DNA of 64,000 nucleotides from Deltaproteobacteria bacterium (GCA_041299015.1 JBFYWB010000095.1:12275-76274); one strand, 5' to 3'; numbered from the stretch's first letter, positions 7,946 through 19,082 are shown. Numbers and translations: made by a program. Notes: a model not told the origin generated them from the sequence alone.

Positions 7946-8932
7946 ATGAAACCCACGCAACACGGAGTTTTCCAGGAAATCGTCGGCGAAAGCGAGTCGA
8001 TGCAAAAAGTGTTCGACATCGTTGAACGCATCGCCGACAGCGACACGACGATCATGATCAACGGTGAAACCGGCACGGGCAAGGGGATGATCGCCAAAGC
8101 CATTCACCGCTGCTCCTATCGGCGCGACAACCCCTTCGTTCAGATCAACTGCGGTGCCATTTCCGAAGGTCTTCTGGAGAGCGAATTGTTCGGCCATGTC
8201 AAAGGCGCCTTCACGGGGGCCATTTCGGACAAGCCGGGTAAGTTCGAGCAAGCCCGGGGCGGTACGATATTTCTCGATGAAATCGGCGACATGAGCCCGG
8301 ATCTGCAAGTCAAAGTCCTGCGGGTGCTGGAGGAAAACGAATTCGAACGGGTCGGCGGAGTGCAGACCATTAGAGCGAATGTCAGAATCATAGCGGCCAC
8401 CCACCGCGATCTGGAAGAAGAGGTTCAGAAGGGCAATTTTCGCGAAGATTTGTTTTACCGCCTTTATGTCATTCCGATCGCCCTTTCACCGCTTAAACAC
8501 AGAAAATCGGACATCCCCCTGCTGGTCTCTTATTTTCTGGAAAATATCAGCCGCGCCAAAGGCTGCGAACCGATTAAAATTCTGCCCGAAACCATGGCCC
8601 AACTGCTGAACCACTCCTGGCCGGGCAATGTGCGGGAGCTGAAAAACTTAATGGAGCGCCTGGTGGTTCTCAATGAAAACGAGGTCATTCGGCCGACCGA
8701 CCTGCCCGACCGGGTCCGCGGCATCAACCGGCCGGCCCCTCAGCCGCAACAGGAAATTTACCCTGAAGGGGTCGACTTCAATACTGCGGTGACCGAATAC
8801 GAAAAAGAGCTGATCCTGCGTGCGCTAGAAAAAACCAAATGGATTAAAAACAAGGCGGCAGAACTGTTGCAGATCAAACGAACCACGCTCGTCGAAAAGA
8901 TCAAACGCTACGGCTTAGAAAAGAAAAAGTAG
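7946..8932 (+). CDS. sigma-54-dependent transcriptional activator with AAA+ and Fis-type HTH only (no N-terminal sensory domain)
   Basis: Walker A GETGTGKG, GAFTGA present (HVKGAFTGA), Walker B IFLDEIGD, WPGNVRELKN, and C-terminal HTH AAELLQIKRTTLVEKIKRYGL. An in-frame TGA at 7889-7891 excludes an N-terminal domain. Confidence 0.85.
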   Translation: MKPTQHGVFQEIVGESESMQKVFDIVERIADSDTTIMINGETGTGKGMIAKAIHRCSYRRDNPFVQINCGAISEGLLESELFGHVKGAFTGAISDKPGKFEQARGGTIFLDEIGDMSPDLQVKVLRVLEENEFERVGGVQTIRANVRIIAATHRDLEEEVQKGNFREDLFYRLYVIPIALSPLKHRKSDIPLLVSYFLENISRAKGCEPIKILPETMAQLLNHSWPGNVRELKNLMERLVVLNENEVIRPTDLPDRVRGINRPAPQPQQEIYPEGVDFNTAVTEYEKELILRALEKTKWIKNKAAELLQIKRTTLVEKIKRYGLEKKK

Positions 8933-8959
8933 ACCAAACCCCTCTGGGGGGCATCGGGT

Positions 8960-10156
8960 ATGCGGTCCCTGATGGCGGAGATACTCATGAAAGACTACGG
9001 CATTCTGTTTGTCGATGATGATAAGGCGATACTCGATCTGGTGCATCGCTACCTGAGCCGTGAAGGCTACTCGGTGAGTTTGGCCGACAGCGGCCGCAAG
9101 GCCCTCGACATGTTAAAGAAAAATGATTTCGACATCATTTTCACGGATTTCAAGATGCCCGAAATCGATGGAATCGAACTGCTGTCGGCGATCAAGGAGT
9201 GCCGGCCTGAAACCGAAGTCATCATCGTTACCGGCCACGGAACGATGGAAACAGCGGTTAAAGCCATGAAAATCGGCAGTTATGATTACCTTCAAAAGCC
9301 GTTTAAGCTGGACCTGTTGAAACTGATCATCGACAGAATCGTCAGCGAAAAGCTGTTGAAGGACAAAAGGGTCCTTTTGAAAAGCCGGGTCAAGGAGCGC
9401 CACCGGTACGATTCTCTGGTCGGCATCAGTCTCGGGATGCAGGAGATCTACGAAATCATCGATCGTATGAAAAACAGTGGCCCCAACGTGCTGATTCGCG
9501 GCGAAACCGGGACCGGAAAGGAACTGACGGCCAGGGTGATTCACCGCAGCAGTGATCGGGACCACCGACCGCTGATTCCCATTGTGTGCAGGACCCTGCT
9601 GGGCGGCCCGTCCGGAAGCGACGCGATCCCGCCGTATCTTTCGGAATTGCTGGCATCCGCGGACGGCAGCACCCTCTACCTGGACGAAATCACCGATATA
9701 CCGCTTGCGGTTCAAAACGAATTGCTGCGACTGCTGAACGAAGAGACAAATGACATCGACACGGCCGGGGTAGGCGCGGCGCATAACATTCGGGTGATTG
9801 CCGCTACGGGCAAAGACCTCAGGGACGCCATCGAGGCTGACCTGGTCAGCAGAGATTTTTTAAACCGGCTCAGCGTTGTTTCGATCAACATGCCGCCGCT
9901 GAGGGAACGTAAAGAGGATATCTGTTTGCTCGTCAATCAGTTTCTTCACAAATATAACGCCGAAAGCACCCGCAAGGTCTACACCATTGAGCCGAAAGCC
10001 TTGTCGTATCTGCTTCAGTATCACTGGCCGGGCAATGTGATCCAACTTGAAAATGTCATCGAAAGGGCGTTCGCGCTCGGGGTCGAAATTGCCATATCCG
10101 TGGCGGACCTGCCGATTGAAATCAAGACCTTCGGCGACATATCGAAAATCGGCTGA
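8960..10156 (+). CDS. response-regulator receiver fused to a degenerate sigma-54-type AAA+ domain (no GAFTGA loop, no DNA-binding domain)
   Basis: Receiver motifs ILFVDDD, IIFTDFKMPEIDG, YLQKPF. AAA+ motifs GETGTGKE, LYLDEI, PPLRERKEDI, WPGNVIQLEN. The ESELFGH-KGAFTGA region is replaced by GGPSGSDAIPPYLSELL. The protein ends about 40 aa after WPGNV. The likely real start is ATG 8987 (MKDYGILFVDDD). Confidence 0.8.
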   Translation: MRSLMAEILMKDYGILFVDDDKAILDLVHRYLSREGYSVSLADSGRKALDMLKKNDFDIIFTDFKMPEIDGIELLSAIKECRPETEVIIVTGHGTMETAVKAMKIGSYDYLQKPFKLDLLKLIIDRIVSEKLLKDKRVLLKSRVKERHRYDSLVGISLGMQEIYEIIDRMKNSGPNVLIRGETGTGKELTARVIHRSSDRDHRPLIPIVCRTLLGGPSGSDAIPPYLSELLASADGSTLYLDEITDIPLAVQNELLRLLNEETNDIDTAGVGAAHNIRVIAATGKDLRDAIEADLVSRDFLNRLSVVSINMPPLRERKEDICLLVNQFLHKYNAESTRKVYTIEPKALSYLLQYHWPGNVIQLENVIERAFALGVEIAISVADLPIEIKTFGDISKIG

Positions 10157-10232
10157 TCGGTTCCAGACCGATCACAGCCGGGTTGCAAAAAAGACCGTAA
10201 AACAAACCTAACGGATTCGAAAGGAGACCTCG

Positions 10233-10652
10233 ATGGACGGCTGTATCTTCTGTAAAATCGTCAGGGGTGAAATTCCGTGTTTCAAGATTTTCGAAGACGA
10301 CAGGGTGCTCTCGTTTGCAGACGTCAACCCCATCAACACCGGCCACACCCTGATTATCCCCAAACGCCACGCCGAAAACATATGGGAAATCGATGGGAGG
10401 GATCTCGCCGCCATTCACCAGGCATCCTTGAAGATCGCCGGAGCCATGAAAACCGCCCTGCAAGCGGACGGCATCGCCATTCTGCAACTCAATGGGCGCG
10501 CCGTGAACCAGGTCGTCATGCACTACCACCTGCACCTGATCCCGCGCCAATCGAATGATCCCAAGTTGACGATGACCGAGTGGGAGCTGATTCCCGGTGA
10601 CATGGCCGCTATCGGGAAGACGGCTGGAAAAATCGCCGCGGCGATGACATAG
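10233..10652 (+). CDS. HIT-family (histidine triad) nucleotide hydrolase/transferase
   Basis: CIFCKIVRGEIP N-terminus and histidine triad HYHLHLIP. Confidence 0.85.
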   Translation: MDGCIFCKIVRGEIPCFKIFEDDRVLSFADVNPINTGHTLIIPKRHAENIWEIDGRDLAAIHQASLKIAGAMKTALQADGIAILQLNGRAVNQVVMHYHLHLIPRQSNDPKLTMTEWELIPGDMAAIGKTAGKIAAAMT

Positions 10653-10655
10653 GCA

Positions 10656-12851
10656 TCAGATAGTAGCCTCGACCGTGGTCGTCCCCTTTCCGTCACGGAT
10701 GCCCACGACTTCGGTTTGGACCAGATCGCCCCATGTCTCCCGGTACATGGCCCTGTAAACGACCTCGAACATGAAATAAAGCAGCTCATACGCCGAGGCG
10801 GCCAACAGGGGTTTCTCGAGGAGCGCCATCAGCTGGTTATTTTTTTCAGCCGCACGCTTGAGTGATTCCAAATCGGTCAATATCTCGCGCCCCTCGCCGC
10901 CGCCAGGGTGCGCTTTATTCCACTTGATCTTCAGTTGGGTCATTTGTTTTCGTGACGCAGCCAGAAGGCTCCGGCAGGTCTTTTCGCTCTTGAATACCCT
11001 CTGGCCGGCCATAATCTCTCTGGTGCGCCTATCGATGCAGTGCTTTTCCATCTGCAATTCGTTCAGGCACAACGCCCGGATAGCGTCGGTCAAGCCGATG
11101 GTGACCCCTTGCAGGATGGGCTTTTTGTCTCCGGTTTTCATTGCCATTTCTGTCCGGGCGCTGTGCCAGAACATTCGGCTGGCGTTTTTGAAAACCTCGA
11201 GCTGGGCCGCGGTGTCGCCCGCGGCGTTGAACATCAGGGTTTTGATGCCGATGATCAGTTTGCCGGTCTGAACAAACAGCCGTTCCCCGGTGACCATTTC
11301 GTAGATGATCCCAACCGCAGCGTACCAGTCCTGGAGAAACAGAATGCGAGCGGCGCTGTGCAGGCAGGCTGCCAGGGCCTCATTCGAGATCAAATGCGTC
11401 GGTGTTGCGTAGGCGGGGGTTCCGCCCAAAATCGGCTGCGCCGCCTGTCGATCGTCAGCGGAGCCGCAGACAACCGCGGTTTCAACATCGATGAGTCCGA
11501 TAGAATAGGCTTCGCTCGTGTTAAGGAAATCCGGATATCTCGCCCTGTCGCCGGCAATCAGGAGATTGTCCGGTTTCAGGTCGCGCATGGCCACACCCTT
11601 TGTCCGCAGCCAGGCCAACAGATCGAGCAGGTTGGTCACGAGACCGGCAATCTGGTGCTTGTTCTGGCTGACCGTCACGGACTGGATGCATCCCCGAATG
11701 GTGCGGCGATAGGAGTCGATGGCGTCTTTATTTTCCGCAAAGGTTTTTTTCAGCAGAGCGTTAATTTTTTCGACACGCTCCGGCGCGAGGTCTTTTTCGT
11801 CGGCCTCCAGTTGCTTGCCGGCCAAATGAATCAAAAACCACTTCTGCAGTGTGTAGCGGGGAACATCGTGCTGAGCGGCGTTGTTTAGTAAAATTCGAAA
11901 CTGTTCCTCGAATGCCGCGTAAACCTTTCGGACAGCGTCGAGCTGTGCGTCGTTTTCGAGGGCATACCGTCCCTCGAAACCGTGGTTTTCCCAAATGACA
12001 TCCGGATAACCGACGATCTCTTGGACCAATTTGTTGGACAGATCGTGGAAGTCATTAACGACTCGACTGAGGAAAAAAAAGCGTGAAAGATCCATCACAA
12101 AGACATATGCATTCCCGATTCTCAGGTGAGACTGGAAAGAAGGGAACTTTTTCAGCCAGTCGAGATATTTTTCTTCCAATAGCTCCGGGGCGAGCTGTTT
12201 ACTCTCCGAGAAGTGATGGACCATTTTGAGGACCGCCGACACCGTCGGCACGATGCATTCCCGAGGGGCAACCCTCTTGACGATCTTCCGGTCGGATTCG
12301 ATGGCGGTTATGTAGGTATCAAAATCGGTAATCGGTTTCCGGGGGACCTTGATCACGAAATGTTCGTCGTAAATAACGGTGAAACATTTGCTGCGGCTGG
12401 TGCTGTCGTCGCCGGCAAGACCGACGCTCATGCGCCTCGAAACCCATTGCCTGTCATGGAACACATGCAATTCATAGGTCCTGGCCGCGCCGACACCACT
12501 GGAGCCGAGCAGTTCAACGCGACCTTTGGCCTGCTGGGTCTCTCCCAACTGGATCTTGTAAATATTCAGAAAAAATTCGACAATACTGTCCTCGTCGATC
12601 TCTTTCGCCTCGTCGAGCGGCTCGATCATCTCTTCGACAAGCGCCGGAGAAGGTTCCTTTGGCGTTGCGGTTTTGCCTTTGCGTTTGCGTTTCCAGAAAA
12701 ACAGCCCGATGACAGCCAAGAAAAAGGAACCCGAGAGTGCCGGCAGAATGACGGGGTGATGGCCGATCAGCGGCACGTTCGTCAGCACGTGATCGACCTC
12801 TCTGAATTTATTGGTTATTATCTCTAAAACATCCCGGTGGTTAATTTGCAT
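10656..12851 (-). CDS. membrane-anchored atypical Hanks-type Ser/Thr protein kinase-like protein
   Basis: 731 aa. One TM helix (ILPALSGSFFLAVIGLFFW) followed by KRKRKGK. Gly-rich LGSSGVGAA, VIK lysine (HFVIKVP), catalytic loop MRDLKPDNLL, DVE in place of DFG (GLIDVETA), GTPAYATP, DWYAAVGIIYEMVTGERLF. Confidence 0.65.
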   Translation of the reverse strand: MQINHRDVLEIITNKFREVDHVLTNVPLIGHHPVILPALSGSFFLAVIGLFFWKRKRKGKTATPKEPSPALVEEMIEPLDEAKEIDEDSIVEFFLNIYKIQLGETQQAKGRVELLGSSGVGAARTYELHVFHDRQWVSRRMSVGLAGDDSTSRSKCFTVIYDEHFVIKVPRKPITDFDTYITAIESDRKIVKRVAPRECIVPTVSAVLKMVHHFSESKQLAPELLEEKYLDWLKKFPSFQSHLRIGNAYVFVMDLSRFFFLSRVVNDFHDLSNKLVQEIVGYPDVIWENHGFEGRYALENDAQLDAVRKVYAAFEEQFRILLNNAAQHDVPRYTLQKWFLIHLAGKQLEADEKDLAPERVEKINALLKKTFAENKDAIDSYRRTIRGCIQSVTVSQNKHQIAGLVTNLLDLLAWLRTKGVAMRDLKPDNLLIAGDRARYPDFLNTSEAYSIGLIDVETAVVCGSADDRQAAQPILGGTPAYATPTHLISNEALAACLHSAARILFLQDWYAAVGIIYEMVTGERLFVQTGKLIIGIKTLMFNAAGDTAAQLEVFKNASRMFWHSARTEMAMKTGDKKPILQGVTIGLTDAIRALCLNELQMEKHCIDRRTREIMAGQRVFKSEKTCRSLLAASRKQMTQLKIKWNKAHPGGGEGREILTDLESLKRAAEKNNQLMALLEKPLLAASAYELLYFMFEVVYRAMYRETWGDLVQTEVVGIRDGKGTTTVEATI

Positions 12852-12922
12852 GAAGATGCGCCTTGAAGCAGTTCTGAGTCATGTCCGTCGCGCAGATCTG
12901 TGAAGATCAACAAAATCAAATA

Positions 12923-12951
12923 ATTATACAGCGAATTGCCGTTTTGATCAA
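12923..12951 (-). promoter_or_regulatory. candidate sigma-70 promoter for the kinase-like gene
   Basis: On the minus strand: TTGATC, 17 nt, TATAAT, about 70 nt upstream of ATG 12851. Confidence 0.4.
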
Positions 12952-13130
12952 CTCTTATCTGAAAAACGTGCCTGCGACCGGTTGTCTGTCCGCCACAGTC
13001 GCCCGCCCCGGCTTTTTGATGGTGTTTTATGTGCCTGTCAGAACGGAATCACCTTGGAATAACAAAAGCTTTTTGTTGACATTGCTACATTAGTAAATTA
13101 GGTAGGTGGGTTAAAAATTTTCGAGGAATT

Positions 13131-14027
13131 ATGGTCAAGGTCATTTCAGCGGTGAAGGAAATGCAGGAACGCGCCGAAGAGCTGCGCCGGGGCAATCGGC
13201 GCATTGCCTGTGTCCCGACCATGGGTTTTTTGCACGACGGACATCTGTCACTGATGCGAATGGCACGGCAGGCCGCCGATACCCTCGTGGTCAGTATTTT
13301 TGTCAACCCGGCTCAGTTCGGCCCCGGCGAAGATTTCGAAACCTATCCCCGGGACCTGGATAGAGACCTGGGGTTGTGCGCCCATGAAAATGTCGACATC
13401 GTGTTTACGCCCGAGACGGCGACACTCTACCCCGAGGGCTACCAGAGTTATGTGAAGCTCGAACACCTGCCGCACCACCTGTGCGGCCTCTCGCGGCCGG
13501 TTTTTTTCACCGGCGTTGCCACAGTGGTCTGCAAGCTTTTCAATATCGTCCGCCCGCACAGCGCAGTTTTTGGCGAGAAAGACTACCAGCAACTGCTGAT
13601 CATCCGACGCATGGTCAAGGACCTCAATTTCAACATCGATATCATCGGTGCCCCCATCGTCAGGGAAAAAGACGGTCTGGCGATGAGTTCCCGCAATGCA
13701 TACCTGAAACCCGGACAACGCCCGGCAGCCCTAACGCTCTATCGCTCTCTCGTTCAGGCCACAAGACGGGTCGAAACCGGTGAACGAGACGCCGCGCGAA
13801 TTCTGCAGGAAGCACGCGACTTGATTGCCGTACAACCCGAGACCGAGATCGACTACCTGAGCATCTGTGATCCGGAATCCCTGGTCGCTGTGGCGCGTAT
13901 CGATCGGCCGGCGTTGATGGCCCTGGCCGTTAAGGTGGGCAAAACCCGGCTGATCGACAACACGATTTTGCCGGGTTCCTCCTCCGAGGTTCGGTCCATT
14001 GCAGTCGATTTCGATAAACCGGCATGA
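13131..14027 (+). CDS. panC: pantoate--beta-alanine ligase
   Basis: VPTMGFLHDGHLSLM (HIGH-like), FVNPAQFGPGEDF, GEKDYQQL, MSSRNAYL. Confidence 0.9.
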   Translation: MVKVISAVKEMQERAEELRRGNRRIACVPTMGFLHDGHLSLMRMARQAADTLVVSIFVNPAQFGPGEDFETYPRDLDRDLGLCAHENVDIVFTPETATLYPEGYQSYVKLEHLPHHLCGLSRPVFFTGVATVVCKLFNIVRPHSAVFGEKDYQQLLIIRRMVKDLNFNIDIIGAPIVREKDGLAMSSRNAYLKPGQRPAALTLYRSLVQATRRVETGERDAARILQEARDLIAVQPETEIDYLSICDPESLVAVARIDRPALMALAVKVGKTRLIDNTILPGSSSEVRSIAVDFDKPA

Positions 14028-14136
14028 CAAGCTGGCTTTTTTTTCGCATTGGACCCGGTGTGTGGGCTGCACCGATTATCTTTGGGTTCTTAACGAAAAC
14101 AGCACCCCTTAATTTTGCGGTTGGAAAGGATCAGGC

Positions 14137-15309
14137 ATGGAAGAAAAAGAGCAGTTTTTTTTCACCTCCGAATCGGTGACCGAGGGTCATCCGGACAAGG
14201 TCTCCGACCAGATATCGGATGCCATACTGGATGCCATCATCGCTCAAGACAAGAACTGCCGCGTCGCCTGCGAAACGCTGGTGACCACCGGCCTGGCGTT
14301 TATCGCCGGAGAAATCACCACGAGCACCTATGTAGAGATGCCCCAGATCGTCCGCGACACGATCAAGGACATCGGGTACAACTCTTCCCAGATGGGGTTC
14401 GATTGGCAGACCTGCAGCGTCATCACCAGTATCGATCACCAGTCACTTGATATCGCGCAAGGCGTCGACCGGGGCAACGGACTCTACAAGGAACAGGGTG
14501 CCGGTGACCAGGGACTCATGTTCGGGTATGCCTGCGATGAGACCCCCGAAATGATGCCGCTGCCGATTATGCTGGCCCACAAAATCTGCCGCCGCTTGGC
14601 GGAAGTTCGTAAAAACGGTTCGCTCGATTTCCTGCGTCCCGACGGCAAATCACAGGTCACGGTGGAATACGAAAACGGTGTGCCCAAACGCATCGACGCC
14701 GTGGTCGTCGCCGCCCAGCACAAACCGGATGTCGAGTACGAGTTTCTGCGCGATGCCATCATCAAAAGCGTCATCAGGAAAATTTTGCCGGCGGAAATGG
14801 TCGACATGGAAACGCGCTACTATATCAACGCCACCGGTCGTTTCGTCGTCGGCGGTCCGATGGGAGACTGCGGGCTGACCGGACGCAAGATTATCGTCGA
14901 CACTTACGGCGGACAGGGGGGCCATGGCGGCGGGTGCTTCTCCGGGAAAGATCCGTCGAAGGTCGACCGCACCGGTTCCTACATGGCGCGTCACATCGCC
15001 AAAAACATCGTCGCGGCCGGTCTGGCCAAGAAGTGTGAAATACAGATCGCCTATGCCATCGGGGTGGCCGAACCGGTGTCGCTGATGGTGGATACCATGG
15101 GAACCGGCAAAGTTTCCAAAAAAAGGATCAAGGAAATCATCAAGGAATGCTTCGATCTGCGCCCGGCGGCCATTATCGAGTACCTGGATCTGCTGCGCCC
15201 CATTTACCGTAAATCGGCCGCCTATGGCCACTTCGGCCGCACCGAGCCGGAATTCAGCTGGGAGAAAACCAACATGGCGGACAAAATGTGTGAGCAGGCG
15301 GGAATTTAA
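14137..15309 (+). CDS. metK: S-adenosylmethionine synthetase
   Basis: [56 protein letters not shown]. Confidence 0.95.
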   Translation: MEEKEQFFFTSESVTEGHPDKVSDQISDAILDAIIAQDKNCRVACETLVTTGLAFIAGEITTSTYVEMPQIVRDTIKDIGYNSSQMGFDWQTCSVITSIDHQSLDIAQGVDRGNGLYKEQGAGDQGLMFGYACDETPEMMPLPIMLAHKICRRLAEVRKNGSLDFLRPDGKSQVTVEYENGVPKRIDAVVVAAQHKPDVEYEFLRDAIIKSVIRKILPAEMVDMETRYYINATGRFVVGGPMGDCGLTGRKIIVDTYGGQGGHGGGCFSGKDPSKVDRTGSYMARHIAKNIVAAGLAKKCEIQIAYAIGVAEPVSLMVDTMGTGKVSKKRIKEIIKECFDLRPAAIIEYLDLLRPIYRKSAAYGHFGRTEPEFSWEKTNMADKMCEQAGI

Positions 15310-15318
15310 TCACCTTAA

Positions 15319-16590
<1,272 letters not shown>

Positions 16591-16689
16591 GTGCACACCC
16601 TGGGCGGTCCGCAACCGGCTGCCGGAAAAAGTCAGCCGGAGCGGCTCTAAAGCCCGACCGGGTCTTTGGAATTGATCACGAAAACACTT

Positions 16690-17544
16690 TCAGGTACGCC
16701 CGCCGCTCCACCTCAATTTGGCCTTTAGAACATCGTAATACGGCTGGTTCGGCTCTGAGATCATATGGATCGGATGCGGCGACTTGCAGATCGCTATCGT
16801 GTCCCGATCATCGATGGAAAGTCCCTGCTGACCGTCGAAGGTGAGCATGATGTCCGAGGAGCGTTTTTCCAACTTGATGGTGACGGTCGCGGCGTCGGGG
16901 ATGATCAGGGGGCGGTTTGTCAGGGTAAACGGGCAGATCGGCGTCATGATCATCGCCGGCACGGCCGGATGGATCACAGGCCCGCCGGCGGCCAGGGAGT
17001 AAGCGGTCGAGCCGGTCGGCGTCGCCACGATAAGCCCATCGGCCCGATAGGTCGTCAGATAGCGATCGTTGATATAGGTCTCGATATAGGCGAGGCGGGC
17101 CAAGGCACCTTTGTTGATCACCACATCGTTGAGCACGGTTTCGACCGCGCGTTGCTGGTTCCGACGAATCACCCTAACCAGCAGGCGCATGCGGGGTTGA
17201 GTGGTGAAGGTGCCGTTCAGTATGGCGGCCGCAACGCAAAAGAGACGATCTTCGGTGATCTCGGCCAGGAAGCCGACCTCGCCGAACTTGACCCCTAAAA
17301 TCGGTATGGATTTATCGCCGATCCAACGAACGGCGCTTAGAAAGGTGCCGTCACCACCTAAAACGAAAATACAAAACAGATCCGCCGGGGCCTCCTCCGA
17401 CATGCCTGACGGACGGTCAAGCTGCGGCAGCCGGCTTTCCTTGCGAACGGTTCCAACCCCTTTTTCAGCCAACCAGCCTTCCAGCTCGTCCGCTTTACGG
17501 CTGACCATTGGGTCTGCTTTGACCACGATGCCGATCGTTTTCAC
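16690..17544 (-). CDS. nadK: NAD+ kinase
   Basis: GGDGTFL motif, [21 protein letters not shown]. Confidence 0.9.
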   Translation of the reverse strand: MKTIGIVVKADPMVSRKADELEGWLAEKGVGTVRKESRLPQLDRPSGMSEEAPADLFCIFVLGGDGTFLSAVRWIGDKSIPILGVKFGEVGFLAEITEDRLFCVAAAILNGTFTTQPRMRLLVRVIRRNQQRAVETVLNDVVINKGALARLAYIETYINDRYLTTYRADGLIVATPTGSTAYSLAAGGPVIHPAVPAMIMTPICPFTLTNRPLIIPDAATVTIKLEKRSSDIMLTFDGQQGLSIDDRDTIAICKSPHPIHMISEPNQPYYDVLKAKLRWSGGRT

Positions 17545-17658
17545 GCGATGAACATTTCCTTGCTCTTGCGGTAAACCACGGACTGAAACCGTTTGTAGTC
17601 ATACAGGCAAGTAGCCCAAACGGCAATATTTTTTTCCCGCCGAACAAATAAAATCAAC

Positions 17659-17688
17659 TTGACTCGATCTGCACATCCGCTCTATAAA
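17659..17688 (+). promoter_or_regulatory. candidate sigma-70 promoter of the first liv operon
   Basis: TTGACT, 18 nt, TATAAA, 66 nt upstream of ATG 17754. An AGGAGGA RBS precedes the ATG. Confidence 0.4.
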
Positions 17689-17753
17689 CATTCGGATTCG
17701 AGTCGGAAATATCGGGCGTCATCAACAGACATAGGCCAAGAGGAGGATTTACT

Positions 17754-18875
17754 ATGAACACGAGAAAAACATTCACAGTTGCGATTGTCGGCGTATTTTT
17801 GATGTTCACTCTGGTAGGAATCGGCGTCGCAGCCGACACCATCAAACTGGGTGTCGCCGGGGCCCACAGCGGTGACCTGGCTTCGTACGGCATTCCCAGC
17901 GTTAAGGCGGCGGAACTGGTCGTTAAGAAAATAAACGCCGCCGGCGGCGTGCTGGGCAAACAGGTGCAACTGCTGGTGGAAGACGATGTCTGCAAGCCTG
18001 AAATTGCGACCAATACGGCCACCAAGCTGGTTTCGGAAGGGGTCGACGTGGTTCTGGGCCACATCTGCAGCGGCGCCACCAAGCCGGCTCTGGGCATCTA
18101 CAAAGACGCCAAGGTCATCGCCATGTCGCCGTCGGCCACCAACCCGGGCCTGACCCAAAGCGGTGACTATCCGAATTTTTATCGCACCATCGCTTCGGAC
18201 GACGCTCAGGCCAAGAAGATAGTCGATTTTGCCCTCGACGTGCTGAAAGTCAAGAAGATCGCCGTTCTGCACGACAAGGGCGACTACGGCAAGGGGCTGG
18301 CCGAATTCGCCAAGGCCTTCACTGAAAGCGATCCCCGTGGCGAAGTGGTCCTTTACGAGGGAATTACACCAGGGGCGGTCGACTACTCGGCCGTCGTCCA
18401 GAAAGTCAAGCAGTCCGGTGCCGATGCGGTTGTTTTCGGCGGCTATCATCCCGAAGCCTCCAAGATCGTCACCCAAATGAGAAAGAAGAAGATGGACGCC
18501 TTCTTTATCTCCGATGACGGCGTGAAGGACGACACCTTTATCAAAGTCGCCGGCAATTATGCCGAAGGCGTGTATGCCACCGGTCCCCGAGACCTGTCGA
18601 ACAATCCTCTTTACAAAGAGGCGATCGAGGAACATCGCAAAGCCTACGGCGAAGACCCCGGAGCCTTCTTTCAGGAGGCGTATTCCGCCTCCCTGGCCCT
18701 GCTCAATGCGATCGCAAAAGCGGGGTCTACCGACTACGACGCAGTGCGCCAAGCCCTGCAAAACAATGACGTCGAAACCCCGGTCGGTAAAATCCGTTTC
18801 GATGAAAAAGGTGATGCCATCGGTGTCGGCTTCTCCATGTATCAGGTCGAAAACGGCAAGTATGTCGAAAGATAA
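17754..18875 (+). CDS. livK: branched-chain amino acid ABC transporter substrate-binding protein
   Basis: Signal peptide, then DTIKLGVAGAHSGDLASYG, typical of the LivJ/K periplasmic-binding family. Followed by livHMGF. Confidence 0.85.
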   Translation: MNTRKTFTVAIVGVFLMFTLVGIGVAADTIKLGVAGAHSGDLASYGIPSVKAAELVVKKINAAGGVLGKQVQLLVEDDVCKPEIATNTATKLVSEGVDVVLGHICSGATKPALGIYKDAKVIAMSPSATNPGLTQSGDYPNFYRTIASDDAQAKKIVDFALDVLKVKKIAVLHDKGDYGKGLAEFAKAFTESDPRGEVVLYEGITPGAVDYSAVVQKVKQSGADAVVFGGYHPEASKIVTQMRKKKMDAFFISDDGVKDDTFIKVAGNYAEGVYATGPRDLSNNPLYKEAIEEHRKAYGEDPGAFFQEAYSASLALLNAIAKAGSTDYDAVRQALQNNDVETPVGKIRFDEKGDAIGVGFSMYQVENGKYVER

Positions 18876-18898
18876 GCTGTAGGACGCCGGCTCTGGAG

Positions 18899-18931
18899 GG
18901 GGAAAGGCACAACGCCTTTCCCCTGAGTTTT
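18899..18931 (+). terminator. intrinsic terminator/attenuator hairpin between livK and livH
   Basis: GGGGAAAGGC, loop ACAAC, GCCTTTCCCC (perfect 10-bp stem), followed by TGAGTTTTAT. Confidence 0.55.
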
Positions 18932-19082
18932 ATCCGCAGATGACATCCGCGCACGCCATTGCCATCGATGATTTTGAATCAGCCGCATGGACATGCGCTG
19001 CCGTTGCCCAAACAGCGATCCCGCCGCCCTCGGCCGGTTGCCGGAAGCGGCGTATGGCTGAACCCTCGGGACGAGGACCAAC

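Noticed and set aside
13055-13070. TGGAAT-N5-AAGC with correct GG/GC spacing upstream of panC
   Set aside because: Only the invariant GG and GC match. The rest of both elements is poor. panC is an unlikely sigma-54 target, and a sigma-70-like TTGACA-17-TAGGTA lies just downstream.
14028-14136. Possible SAM/SAH riboswitch upstream of metK, or in the 24-nt gap between metK and ahcY
   Set aside because: I could not recognise SAM-I, SAM-II or SAH riboswitch core sequences or pairing. The metK-ahcY spacer is too short for any riboswitch.
16615-16639. Hairpin CCGGCTG, 11-nt loop, CAGCCGG between the convergent ahcY and nadK genes
   Set aside because: The stem is short, the loop is large, and neither side has a U-tract. 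That is too weak to call a terminator.
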